DNA of 64,000 nucleotides, from contig CANFGH010000002.1 in NCBI GenBank assembly GCA_947446285.1, forward strand, positions 8,000-71,999, read 5' to 3'. The position numbers and the translations under genes are program-made. Shown here in pieces: positions 27,254-36,629 of this stretch (positions are counted from its first letter, which is position 1; each line of letters opens with the position of its first letter). The stretch comes from Chloroflexota bacterium. Its GTDB lineage: Bacteria > Chloroflexota > UBA11872 > UBA12225. Under the pieces are notes generated by a model. That model worked only from the letters and a program-made list of their open reading frames with translations. It made no database searches and was not told where the DNA came from.

Positions 27254-30243
27254 TTGCCTTCCTGACGGCGCGACGCCACGGTGACGCACAAACGACGCGC
27301 AGATCCACCTGGCGCCGTGGGGTGGGGTTGAACCTGACGGCCATCGTCCTGGCGATCTACCTGATGACCGGAGGCGGCCATGGCTACAGCATTGACGGCG
27401 CCTTTGCGTTCGAGATGACCAAGACTGCCTTCCTCGATCCGGATCATCAGTACTTCACACGGTTCAAGACCGCGTTTGCCCGGTGGGGAATTGGGCTGCC
27501 GATCATCGGGCAACCGTTCATCCTTGCCGGGGCGGCGCTTGGAACCATTGCTCCCGAACGCGACGACTTGACCGCGGATGGCCACCGCTTCCGAGTCGAA
27601 GAGTGGCCCGTGGTGTCGGCCGGGAAGACCGAGATCTTCCCGGTGCCGGGTTCCATCGTCTCTGGCTCCCCGGTGACCACGTTCACCATTGTCAGCTTTC
27701 TGGCCAACACGGTGGCGGTGCCTGACGGGACGACGGTTGCCGAACTGCGCCTGGTAACCGCCACGAACACGGTGACGATCCCTATTCGCGCCGGGATGGA
27801 GACCGCCGAGTGGGCGTGGGATCGACCGGATATCCGGGGAACGGTCGCTCACGCACGCGCACGTGTCGCCGGGCACTGGATCGGCCAACCGAGGGGAAAC
27901 CTCTACATCGCTTCGATACCGGTTCCAGTGCCAGTGTCGATCGACCGGTGGGAAGTTGCCGGGTCCGGTGGCCTTGGTCAGGCCGGTACCTTTTCGCTTC
28001 GCGCGGTCACGATCGGCACGGTGCCTGCCCGCACCCCGACTCCGTCAACGCCCGTAACGTGGCATGACGCACGAACCGGCGAGCGATTCTGGTCCGAACG
28101 GCAGACGGGCGACTTCTTTGCTCACCTCGGGTTCAGCGTCACCAATGCCGTGGTCACCGCCGCAACGGTCTGGGCGCTGTATCGCGCCACCCTGAACTTC
28201 GGCTACCGCCCGGTCGTCGCCCTCATTGTCGGTGCAGCGTTTGGCTTGGGAACCCTCGCGTGGCCGTACGCGAAGTATGACTTTGCAGAACCGACCGCAT
28301 CGCTCGCCTTGGCGTTGGCGGTACTGGCAATCCACCGGAACTTTCCGCCGAGTGTCACTCCCAGCCCGGCAACACCAGCATGGGCACGCCGTTCGACGTC
28401 GGTCCCGCCTACCCCCCTCGCGACGCGGGAAGGGGGAGTGGGCGTTCTCTCGGCCATGCCGGCGCTCCCGGGGTTCGCGGACCCTCTACCACTGCGGCGC
28501 AAATTACGCGTCATGGCCTACACGACGATGCTGGCCCTGATCTTCGCCATCGGGGCGAAGTACACCGCCATCCTCGGGGTCGTCGCGGTCGTCGCCGAGC
28601 TTTTCGTCACATCGCAACCGTGGCGACGTGACCGGCGACGCGATGCCCTCCGGTTTGCGGGAATAGTCGCCTTGCCGGGCGTTGCCGTCGCCACGGCAGC
28701 CATCGGTGTTGGCCTCTGGACGACGGGTGAGACCCCGATCGTGCTTACCTCGGACCTGTCGCGCCTCACCAGTGACTGGCTCTCGCTGCCGTTTTGGACA
28801 GGTTTCCGGGGCCTCGTATTCAGTTTGGGGAAGAGTCTTTTCCTGTATGCTCCATGGCTGCTGCTCGCAATCCCCGGGTCGATCCTTTGGGTCAGGCGCC
28901 ATCGCTTCTCTGGATCCGCGCTGACGGTGGTGTTTCCAATCGTCACGATCCTGCTCTACAGCATGAAACTTGTCTGGCATGGCGGATCATGGGGACCCCG
29001 CTACCTGCTGATGACCGTCCCATGGTTGACCCTCGCTACCGCACCAGTCGTTGACACTCTCATCACACGCCGTTTCGGGCGTGTGATCCTGAGCGTCCTG
29101 GCCACTATGTCTCTCGCAATCCAGGTGATCGCCATCGCCAAGCATCCGGAGCAATACCCGGCGATGGTTCGCCGCCATGTCGTGCCCACCATGACACAGT
29201 TCGGCGCAACGTATGGAGGCCAAGACTATTGGGATGCGCGAAAAGGTGACCGCCTTGTCATGGCACTCCGCGACCCGGATCCCGAGACCGGCCGGTCACG
29301 CAGTCTTGGGTACCTATGGGGGCTTCCCGATGCATCGGTAACCATCACCGCACCCGAAAGCGAAGGGCCAATCCTCCGGGATGTCAACCTGAGCCTCTAC
29401 GTCATTGACTGGGACCGGCAGGGGCGGACCGAAACGATGACGATCACCGACGCAATCGATACCCGCCGGGTTGACCTCGACCAAGGTCTGGACGAAGGTG
29501 TCTGGGTTCGCGCCGTCATCCGTATCGACCCGGCCAACCCGGTCACTGTGGGAATCCGGCAGACCGGACCAGACACCGCGGTGGTGTCGGCGATGACCTT
29601 TGATCCCATCTCCCCCGGAATGGCCGGTTCCTCGCGGGAGGTTCGCCTCGATCGGCACACCCGTGGCGAATGGCCTGGCACCTACGGACGCGATGGGTAT
29701 GCCTTCTTTGGGTTCCGAAGCTTCAACATTGACCTGGCGAAACTGCCTCCCTACGTCAAGGGATACGAACTCCGCCACGTCGGAGACCGAGAACACCCCA
29801 CCATCCACGTCGAAATTCCCGAAGACGACCTTCTCGATACCGCAATGCTGTACGCCCCACCGTTCAGTCCCATCCTGGGAAACATCTGGCTCCTTGGCGC
29901 AGATGCATTCCACCTTGTGCTGCCATCACGACCGGACTTCACCCAGGGTGTCCTCCTGCGCCCTCCGTGGACGTGGTTTGGCATCAGTGCCCCAGTCCCA
30001 CCTCACCCTGAATATGGACTCGGTCTCGACTTCTGGCCGACGTTGATCTGGACTACGTATGCATCTCACACTGGCGTGATTGTCGTATCGGGAACCGTCC
30101 TCCTTGGCCTCCAAGGGGTAATCCTCACCTGCACGAACCAGTTGCTCTCAACACTTGGGCTGGTCCGTCGCTCTCGCCTGACCTCAATCGGGGTTGTCAC
30201 CGCGATGCTGGTGGTCTTCGACTGGCTGCAGGTGCAGGGGTGA
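27250..30243 (+). CDS. Giant polytopic membrane protein, paralog B of 24293..27253
   Basis: GTG 27250 overlaps the upstream TGA (GTGA). Collinear with paralog A: GYSIDGAFAFEMTKTAF; IRAGMETAEWAWDRPDIRG; RGEWPGTYGRDGYAF..LPPYVKGY. Has an extra ~40-aa loop that coincides with a hairpin-repeat copy. Confidence 0.65.
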   Translation: MIAFLTARRHGDAQTTRRSTWRRGVGLNLTAIVLAIYLMTGGGHGYSIDGAFAFEMTKTAFLDPDHQYFTRFKTAFARWGIGLPIIGQPFILAGAALGTIAPERDDLTADGHRFRVEEWPVVSAGKTEIFPVPGSIVSGSPVTTFTIVSFLANTVAVPDGTTVAELRLVTATNTVTIPIRAGMETAEWAWDRPDIRGTVAHARARVAGHWIGQPRGNLYIASIPVPVPVSIDRWEVAGSGGLGQAGTFSLRAVTIGTVPARTPTPSTPVTWHDARTGERFWSERQTGDFFAHLGFSVTNAVVTAATVWALYRATLNFGYRPVVALIVGAAFGLGTLAWPYAKYDFAEPTASLALALAVLAIHRNFPPSVTPSPATPAWARRSTSVPPTPLATREGGVGVLSAMPALPGFADPLPLRRKLRVMAYTTMLALIFAIGAKYTAILGVVAVVAELFVTSQPWRRDRRRDALRFAGIVALPGVAVATAAIGVGLWTTGETPIVLTSDLSRLTSDWLSLPFWTGFRGLVFSLGKSLFLYAPWLLLAIPGSILWVRRHRFSGSALTVVFPIVTILLYSMKLVWHGGSWGPRYLLMTVPWLTLATAPVVDTLITRRFGRVILSVLATMSLAIQVIAIAKHPEQYPAMVRRHVVPTMTQFGATYGGQDYWDARKGDRLVMALRDPDPETGRSRSLGYLWGLPDASVTITAPESEGPILRDVNLSLYVIDWDRQGRTETMTITDAIDTRRVDLDQGLDEGVWVRAVIRIDPANPVTVGIRQTGPDTAVVSAMTFDPISPGMAGSSREVRLDRHTRGEWPGTYGRDGYAFFGFRSFNIDLAKLPPYVKGYELRHVGDREHPTIHVEIPEDDLLDTAMLYAPPFSPILGNIWLLGADAFHLVLPSRPDFTQGVLLRPPWTWFGISAPVPPHPEYGLGLDFWPTLIWTTYASHTGVIVVSGTVLLGLQGVILTCTNQLLSTLGLVRRSRLTSIGVVTAMLVVFDWLQVQG
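28412..28438. repeat. GC-rich hairpin repeat copy inside the CDS of paralog B
   Basis: cccccctcgcgacgcgggaagggggag is the reverse complement of the 15096-15122 core (cgcgggaagggggag identical). Translated as PTPLATREGGVG. Confidence 0.75.
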
Positions 30244-33173
30244 GTTCCGACAGCGGGCTCCCCACCCCATCGCCCCTGAGTGCAAGACGCTTCGCTCCTC
30301 GCCACGATCCAGGCGCGCATCGCACGAAGCAAAGCGTGAGTCAGTCGGGCGGGGCGGGCTGGTGGTCGGGTTTCGCCTGGATTCCGCTTGTCGTTCTCGC
30401 CGGGTGGTATCTCTGGCCAATCGCGGGACCAGGTCGGCTTCCCCAGAACCTCGACCTCATGCTTCAGTACGTCCCGAACGCCGCGCATCTTGCCCGTTCC
30501 CTTTCGCAGTGGCACATCCCCCTCTGGAACCCATGGCAGGGCGGCGGGATGCCATTTGCCGCCGATCCCGGCACCGGCGCCTGGTATGTCCCGAACTGGA
30601 CACTGCTTGCAGGCCTGGATCTCTGGAGTGCAGTACGTGCGTCAATCTGGTTTCACCTCGCAACTGCGATTGCCGGCACGTGGTTCTGCCTTCGGCATGG
30701 CGTGCGCGTCGGCCCGATTGCTGCAATTGCGGGGACGGCGACATTCACGCTGACTCCTTGGTTGCCGGGCATCGCCGGGATGCCGGTCGTACTCACGAGC
30801 CTGGCCTGGATGCCGTGGGTTGTCTTCGCCGGACTGCATCTGGCGACACTGTCCAGACCGTCGGCCCGCCTCATCGGTGTCCTTGCAACATCCACGACAT
30901 TGCAACTGGCCAGTGGATGGCCTGCCGGTGCCTACCTGTCGTGGTTGACCATTGGTGGCGCGATTCTCCTCGGTCATGGACGCGCAAATGAACGATGGGT
31001 CCAACGCTTGCGCCACCTCATCCCGAGTTACGTGGCCTCAGGGTTGCTTGCTTCGGTCATGGCAGGCGTAGTCCTGATCCCAGGTGCCGAGTTCGTCGCG
31101 GAGACGACCTACGCCACCACGAGGCCCCTCGAAAGCCTCGGCAGTGACGGGTACCTGACCCTGCTATCGTGGCTTCGCCCAGCTGCCGGGGCGGGCGCCG
31201 TCGAAGGTGGACAGGTCTCAGTCGGAATCGTGGCCCTCTGCCTCGCCGTGACTGCACCGGCCATCCTCTGGCGCACGGGTCATCACGACAGGTTGACCAT
31301 CTGGGGTGGGGTGGCCCTGGTGTCCATCGTTCTGTCGTGGGGTACGCGAACCCCACTGTTCGGCCTTCTCTACGCGTGGCTGCCGGGCTTTCGGATCCTG
31401 TACCTGCCAGCACGCCTCGGGATCATCGCTGCATTCGCACTGTCAGCGCTCGCTTCATTAGTGATCGACGTTCTGGACAAGCCACCCAACGAGGGGCGAG
31501 ACCCATCCTACCTATCTCCCGCGACGCAAAGGCAATTCGCCACCACCCCGCCGCCCCTGATGTCCATGCGCTTCACTACCATCTGCGGACTTCTGACGGC
31601 CCTTCCCGTCATGATGATCCTCCAGTTCTGGCATTCGGAGGGGTACGACAACTTCCGTCGCCTCCTCACGAACCTCTGGCGCATTGCCGGGACACCGTTC
31701 CTCACCGTGGGTCAGGAATTCCACACGCTGGTGTTCGGACTGGTCGTCCTGGCGATCCTATTTTCGAACCAGCGCCGTCCAGTCCCAAAGGCCGGGGTTC
31801 TCTTGGCGATTGCAGTGATCGCCGATCTCGGATCGCTGCGATTGATGACCCAGAATGTGTCGTTCAACCCAGATGCTTGGTACGCCCCAGCCTACGCGTC
31901 AGCACGAACGATCGCGCTGAGCATTGGTCACGACCGCTATCTCGGTCTTGTCTGGCACGGAGAAGACCTGCCACGCCACTTCCTCGGCGACTTCCCAAGC
32001 GCTACACGAACCGGTCAACTACCGCCAAATCTCGGTCTCCTCACGGCGACACGAGACGCCCAAGGTTACAACCCGCTCATCCTGCGGACCGCAGCGACTG
32101 CCTTCGCGAACGTGGGCAACAACGACGATCACTGGCTGTGGGCCAACCGGTTCGACACCGCCGGCCTCTCACCCCTTGCCGTCCGTGCCATCATAATGGG
32201 AGAGGCCGGCGTCACTTCGAGAAATACTTCCCTAGTTGCCAGTGAATGGCGGGTGACCACCCTTGACCTCGGGCAGGCCACCGCGGACTGTTGTTCGGAA
32301 GTACCAATCTGGTCGGCAACCGGCAACCCGGTATTCACTGGCCTCCTGGAGGCGATCACTTTTTTCGGGGAAGGTACAACGGTTGCGCAAGGACAGACCG
32401 CTGCTGAAATCCGCCTGACCGGCCCTGACGGTACGACGGCAACCTACCCACTCCGTGCAGGCGTCGAAACTGCCGAATGGGCGTGGGACCGACCAGACGT
32501 CCGCACGATCGTGACGCATGGTCAGGCCCCCGTTGCACTGGTCACTCGCATGGTCAGTGCCGTTGGCGGACGATTCGACACCTTCGAATACCGTGCCACC
32601 CTGCCAATAGCACTTCCGGGTGGGATCGTGAGTGCCACGTTGCGGTCAACGATCCCGGGAGTGCGCGTTCACCTGACACACCTCGCCATGCATCCTCCAA
32701 CCGACATGGAGCCATGGGTGCGGGAACCGTGGGGCATGCGCGCCACCAGTACGACCCCATCACTCGTCCCTGATGATCGCTCCGTTTGGCCTCCAACGCG
32801 CCTTCGGGTTGTCCCGCCGGAAGCCGGAACCGCAACGTGGGTGACCGACGACCCAGAACGTCTGGTCATCTCCACGTCCCTTGCATCCGATGCCATGATC
32901 GTGATTGCGGACACCGACTATCCTGGATGGCGGGTTTCGATCGACGATGTGGCGACTGCGGATGCGTCCCCACATACGCTGAGCGCGTCGCAGGGAGTGC
33001 GTTCACCTGACATTCCGTTCGGTCGGTCGATACCGTCACCAGCCGGAAAACACGTGATCGAACTGACCTTCGATCCGTCGTCGACGCGTCTCGGCTTTGC
33101 CATCAGTTGCATCGGCATCATGGTCGCAGGGTTCCTTATCAGCTTTGACCCCTCACCAATTCGCCGTGTCTAA
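30240..33173 (+). CDS. Large polytopic membrane protein, YfhO-like, with C-terminal 'ETAEWAWDRPD' module
   Basis: GTG 30240 overlaps the upstream TGA (GTGA). An alternative start at GTG 30336 would exclude a repeat copy. YfhO-type motif SQWHIPLWNPWQGGGMPFAADPGTGAWYVP. C-terminal LRAGVETAEWAWDRPDVR and DTDYPGWRVSIDD, then a final TM. Confidence 0.65.
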   Translation: MSSDSGLPTPSPLSARRFAPRHDPGAHRTKQSVSQSGGAGWWSGFAWIPLVVLAGWYLWPIAGPGRLPQNLDLMLQYVPNAAHLARSLSQWHIPLWNPWQGGGMPFAADPGTGAWYVPNWTLLAGLDLWSAVRASIWFHLATAIAGTWFCLRHGVRVGPIAAIAGTATFTLTPWLPGIAGMPVVLTSLAWMPWVVFAGLHLATLSRPSARLIGVLATSTTLQLASGWPAGAYLSWLTIGGAILLGHGRANERWVQRLRHLIPSYVASGLLASVMAGVVLIPGAEFVAETTYATTRPLESLGSDGYLTLLSWLRPAAGAGAVEGGQVSVGIVALCLAVTAPAILWRTGHHDRLTIWGGVALVSIVLSWGTRTPLFGLLYAWLPGFRILYLPARLGIIAAFALSALASLVIDVLDKPPNEGRDPSYLSPATQRQFATTPPPLMSMRFTTICGLLTALPVMMILQFWHSEGYDNFRRLLTNLWRIAGTPFLTVGQEFHTLVFGLVVLAILFSNQRRPVPKAGVLLAIAVIADLGSLRLMTQNVSFNPDAWYAPAYASARTIALSIGHDRYLGLVWHGEDLPRHFLGDFPSATRTGQLPPNLGLLTATRDAQGYNPLILRTAATAFANVGNNDDHWLWANRFDTAGLSPLAVRAIIMGEAGVTSRNTSLVASEWRVTTLDLGQATADCCSEVPIWSATGNPVFTGLLEAITFFGEGTTVAQGQTAAEIRLTGPDGTTATYPLRAGVETAEWAWDRPDVRTIVTHGQAPVALVTRMVSAVGGRFDTFEYRATLPIALPGGIVSATLRSTIPGVRVHLTHLAMHPPTDMEPWVREPWGMRATSTTPSLVPDDRSVWPPTRLRVVPPEAGTATWVTDDPERLVISTSLASDAMIVIADTDYPGWRVSIDDVATADASPHTLSASQGVRSPDIPFGRSIPSPAGKHVIELTFDPSSTRLGFAISCIGIMVAGFLISFDPSPIRRV
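30261..30300 (+). repeat. Copy of the CCCCATCGCCCCTGA repeat family at the 5' end of the YfhO-like gene
   Basis: cccaccccatcgcccctgagtgcaagacgcttcgctcctc. Confidence 0.8.
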
Positions 33174-33280
33174 CCCTTGGACCTCAAGCCCCTAACCGTG
33201 ACCCGTGTTGACGGGAGAACACGTGCGAACCAACAGGATCGTATGAGCCAGATGATTTGAAACCCGTATCCTAATAAAAA

Positions 33281-34456
33281 ATGAATGCTGTTGAACCTTC
33301 CGCTGAACCCTCCGCATCTTGGGACGCCCCCTACGACACGTTTTCGAAGAAATGGAACTACTATCCGCGCGACGTGATCCCGATGTGGGTTGCCGACATG
33401 GACATGCCTCACGCCCAAGTGATCATCGAGGCGGTCATGCGCCGGATCACCGAGAACCGGATCGGGTACCCGGGTCAGGGTGGCAAGCACTTGGCGGAAA
33501 CACTGGTCGCACGTCTGAGCGAACGCCACGGCCTGCATGGTCTTCCTGCGGAGAACGCAGTCTTCATGTCTTGCGTTCCCGGCCTGCATGCAACCGCGCG
33601 CGCCCTGACGGCGCCCGGTGACGCGATTGTGGTGCAAACTCCCCTATACGGTCCGTTCCTGGATGCGATCTCGACCGCACGTCTCCAACGCCAGGATAAT
33701 CCCCTGGTCCCCGGCCCAAATGGCTATGAGATCGATTTCGATCACCTCGAAACCGTCATCACTCCGGCCACCAAGGTTCTGATGGTGTGCAACCCGCACA
33801 ACCCAACAGGCAGGGTGTGGCGCCGTGCCGAACTCGAACGACTTGCCGACGTCGTACTACGCCATCGCCTATGGCTCGTCAGCGACGAACTTCACAACGA
33901 ACTTGTCTTCGACGGACCGTACATCCCTTTCGCAAGCCTTTCGACCGAACTGGCGATGCGCACGATCACACTGACCGGCCCGGCGAAGACCTTCAACACC
34001 GCTGGTCTGAGCACCGGGATCACGATCAGCCACAGCGCGGCGCTGATCAGCCGTGTGCGTGCCATCACGCATGGACTGGTTTCTGGGTGCCCGAACGTCC
34101 TCTCCGAGGCCGCCTGGCTCGCAGCCATCGCCACTCCTGAAGGCGATGCGTGGCACCAGTCAACGCTCGCCGACCTCCGTGCAAACCGTGACCAGCTGAC
34201 GGCATTCCTTCATGACCACGCCCCGCGCGTGGCTTATCACCCGTCCGAAGGGACCTACTTGGCGTGGCTTGACGTCCGCGCGTACGACTGGGGCAAGGAG
34301 AAGCCGGGCGACTTCCTGCTTGAGCATGCAAGGGTCGGGCTCAGCGATGGCCTCGGCTACTCGCCGACCGGCGCAGGACACGTGCGACTGAACTTCGCTA
34401 CGACCCGCCCGGTCCTCGACGAGGCACTCAACCGCCTCAAACCATTCCTCGCCTGA
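33281..34456 (+). CDS. PLP-dependent aminotransferase class I/II, MalY/PatB-type C-S lyase-like
   Basis: 391-aa ORF. DTFSKKWNYYPRDVIPMWVADMDMPHAQVIIEAV and MVCNPHNPTGRVW are typical of PatB/MalY-type enzymes. Unusually AT-rich 40 nt upstream. Confidence 0.8.
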   Translation: MNAVEPSAEPSASWDAPYDTFSKKWNYYPRDVIPMWVADMDMPHAQVIIEAVMRRITENRIGYPGQGGKHLAETLVARLSERHGLHGLPAENAVFMSCVPGLHATARALTAPGDAIVVQTPLYGPFLDAISTARLQRQDNPLVPGPNGYEIDFDHLETVITPATKVLMVCNPHNPTGRVWRRAELERLADVVLRHRLWLVSDELHNELVFDGPYIPFASLSTELAMRTITLTGPAKTFNTAGLSTGITISHSAALISRVRAITHGLVSGCPNVLSEAAWLAAIATPEGDAWHQSTLADLRANRDQLTAFLHDHAPRVAYHPSEGTYLAWLDVRAYDWGKEKPGDFLLEHARVGLSDGLGYSPTGAGHVRLNFATTRPVLDEALNRLKPFLA

Positions 34457-34502
34457 CCAGAACCGGGGGCGACGCTTGATGACAATCAGTGCCCGGTCAC
34501 GA

Positions 34503-36614
34503 TCACGTAACCGGGCCATCACCTTCGTCGGCCAAGCGTTCGACCTGCCATGCGGCAGCCCAGGCAGTCACCGAAACCACGAGCAATCCGACCATGACCA
34601 GGACACCGGAAACTGCGGGGTTGCCGTCTGGTCCCCGTAGCCAGTGGATGTCAAGGCTGGCGTCGCCACCGCGAAGCCACAGGCGCGAGAGTCGCACATG
34701 CGCGGTGACCCCCGAGAAGTACGGCACCCACGTCGTCGCCAGGTAGGTCGCCCCGAGTGACCAATGGTCCTGCCATCCCCGACTGAAGTCGACAACGATG
34801 GCCAAGGCATTTGCCACGACATTCAAAGCCCACGGCAGCCCAATCGCAAGCCAGGCAAAAGGGTTCCTGCTCATTCCACCCCGCCCACTCGCCCCCGATT
34901 GAGCGTCGCTCCGCTTCGCCCACCCCATCCGCTTCACAATCGCCGCGACAGGGAGGTACGCCAACGGTGCTACCCCAACCAAGTATCGCGGGCCCCATGT
35001 CGTCTGGGCGCACCACGTTGTCTCGAGGCTTCCGTAATACAGGCACGCAAGACCCACCATGGCTGCAACCGCACCGGCCGTATCCGGGGCGTCCTCCCAG
35101 AGCCAGACCAGCCCCGCGAGACCAACGAACATCATTGGCGCATGCACGGCAATCCCGCATCCCGGACTGAACAGAAGCCCGAACCACCCATACCACGGCT
35201 TCTCCAGCAACGAAGAGAGGAATCCTTCTCCGCCATAGCCGAAATCGAGGGCCTGACCGGTCCGCATCAGGTTGTAGCCAAGGGTAAGTGGCAGTGCGGT
35301 CACGCCACCGGCCACCACGGCCAGTCCCCCCAGGAATGCCCCGCCTGCGAGTCCGGACCGTTGGAAAACCACCCAGGCGAGCAATGCCCACAGTGGCAAG
35401 GCGAGGACCAGATATTCGTACCGCGCCGCCCCGGCGAGGCCGAGGAGGGCGCCGGCGAGGGCAGCCATGCGACCGGCGTCGAAATCAGGAGCTTTGGGTT
35501 CCCGGTTGGGTCGGTCAACCCCAGTTGCGCGACGCAGGTACCCGATCACCGCCATGGCCGCCCCGGTCAGGGCCGCCGGAAGTGCCATGTTGAGAACAGT
35601 GCGCGAATACGGCCAAACCAAGGAGGCCGTGGCAACCGCCAATGCCGGCAAAAGCGACGATGCCCCACGATACCCAAGTGAACGAGCCATGAGATAGGTC
35701 ACCATCACGGTCAATGCGCTGAGGAATGGCCCGAACCCAAGTGTCACGAGGTCTGGTGCACGGCGGGCCAGCGGACCTTGCCCGGCGGTACGCGGTTCAG
35801 GCGCACCGAATATCCGCGCAACTGCCTGAAAGGGAGAAATCGCCAACGACGAAAGCACTGGGTACTTCGACATGAGGCCAGAAGACTCTTCCTCGGGGTG
35901 ACCAGGCCGACGCACAATTCCGACAACCGTGAACGGGTAGGGTTCGCCATCGAAGATGGCTAGCCGCCCATGTTCCACCAGACCGACCGCGGCACCGTGT
36001 GCCGTCCATTCGTCAGGTGTCACGAGTTCGCCGGATGCCGTCGCCACAAAGAAGGCAAACGCACCACCAAGGACAAGAAGTGTCACCGTGGCCCCATGTC
36101 GGCCACTTTCCGACGGGCGAAGCACACCCACATCCGTCAAGACAGGATCGGATTGCCGTTGGTCGCGAGTTGGTCCGTAACCAGTCCGAATGCGCCATTC
36201 CACCGCAGCGATGGCCAGCCGCGAAACCAGGATGATTCCGATCAGCAGCGCGATCGCCCCTCGAACACGGGGCAAGGTCGCCCACGCATGATTCAGGTCG
36301 TCACTGACCCATAGCGAGCCAAGCAATAGTGCGAGCGCACCAACTTCCAAGAACAGAAAAGGTCTTGAGGTACCGCCGCCTGGCAATACCGTCACCAAAC
36401 CATCCGGGCGCGTGTCGCGACGCTGATGAAGCCAACTCGCAGCGATAACGGCGAACCCGCCACCAGCGCCGACGATCAGTGCTGGCACAAGCCACGCAAA
36501 ACTTGCCCCTAACCCGCGTTGGCCGGTCGCGACACTTCCACCAAACCACCCGGCGAGGACCGCACCAAGCAGGACACTCCACGGGGCCGGCAATGTCCAC
36601 CGCACCTCACGCAT
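34503..36614 (-). CDS. Polytopic membrane protein, GT-C-like candidate
   Basis: 703-aa ORF with >12 hydrophobic segments. First loop GELVTPDEWTAHGAAVGLVEHG, then KYPVLSSLAISPFQAVARIFG and LTVMVTYLMARSLGYRGA..LVWPYS. Same order of elements as paralogs A/B but without the large inserts. Confidence 0.6.
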   Translation of the reverse strand: MREVRWTLPAPWSVLLGAVLAGWFGGSVATGQRGLGASFAWLVPALIVGAGGGFAVIAASWLHQRRDTRPDGLVTVLPGGGTSRPFLFLEVGALALLLGSLWVSDDLNHAWATLPRVRGAIALLIGIILVSRLAIAAVEWRIRTGYGPTRDQRQSDPVLTDVGVLRPSESGRHGATVTLLVLGGAFAFFVATASGELVTPDEWTAHGAAVGLVEHGRLAIFDGEPYPFTVVGIVRRPGHPEEESSGLMSKYPVLSSLAISPFQAVARIFGAPEPRTAGQGPLARRAPDLVTLGFGPFLSALTVMVTYLMARSLGYRGASSLLPALAVATASLVWPYSRTVLNMALPAALTGAAMAVIGYLRRATGVDRPNREPKAPDFDAGRMAALAGALLGLAGAARYEYLVLALPLWALLAWVVFQRSGLAGGAFLGGLAVVAGGVTALPLTLGYNLMRTGQALDFGYGGEGFLSSLLEKPWYGWFGLLFSPGCGIAVHAPMMFVGLAGLVWLWEDAPDTAGAVAAMVGLACLYYGSLETTWCAQTTWGPRYLVGVAPLAYLPVAAIVKRMGWAKRSDAQSGASGRGGMSRNPFAWLAIGLPWALNVVANALAIVVDFSRGWQDHWSLGATYLATTWVPYFSGVTAHVRLSRLWLRGGDASLDIHWLRGPDGNPAVSGVLVMVGLLVVSVTAWAAAWQVERLADEGDGPVT

Positions 36615-36629
36615 GCGGGTTGTCGCCCA

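Noticed and set aside
33241-33285. AT-rich stretch (..gatgatttgaaacccgtatcctaataaaaaATG) as a defined sigma-70 promoter or leaderless start for the PatB-like gene.
   Set aside because: TTGAAA and TAATAA hexamers are present, but with only 9-bp spacing. No arrangement fits a canonical -35/-10 geometry. Left unannotated.
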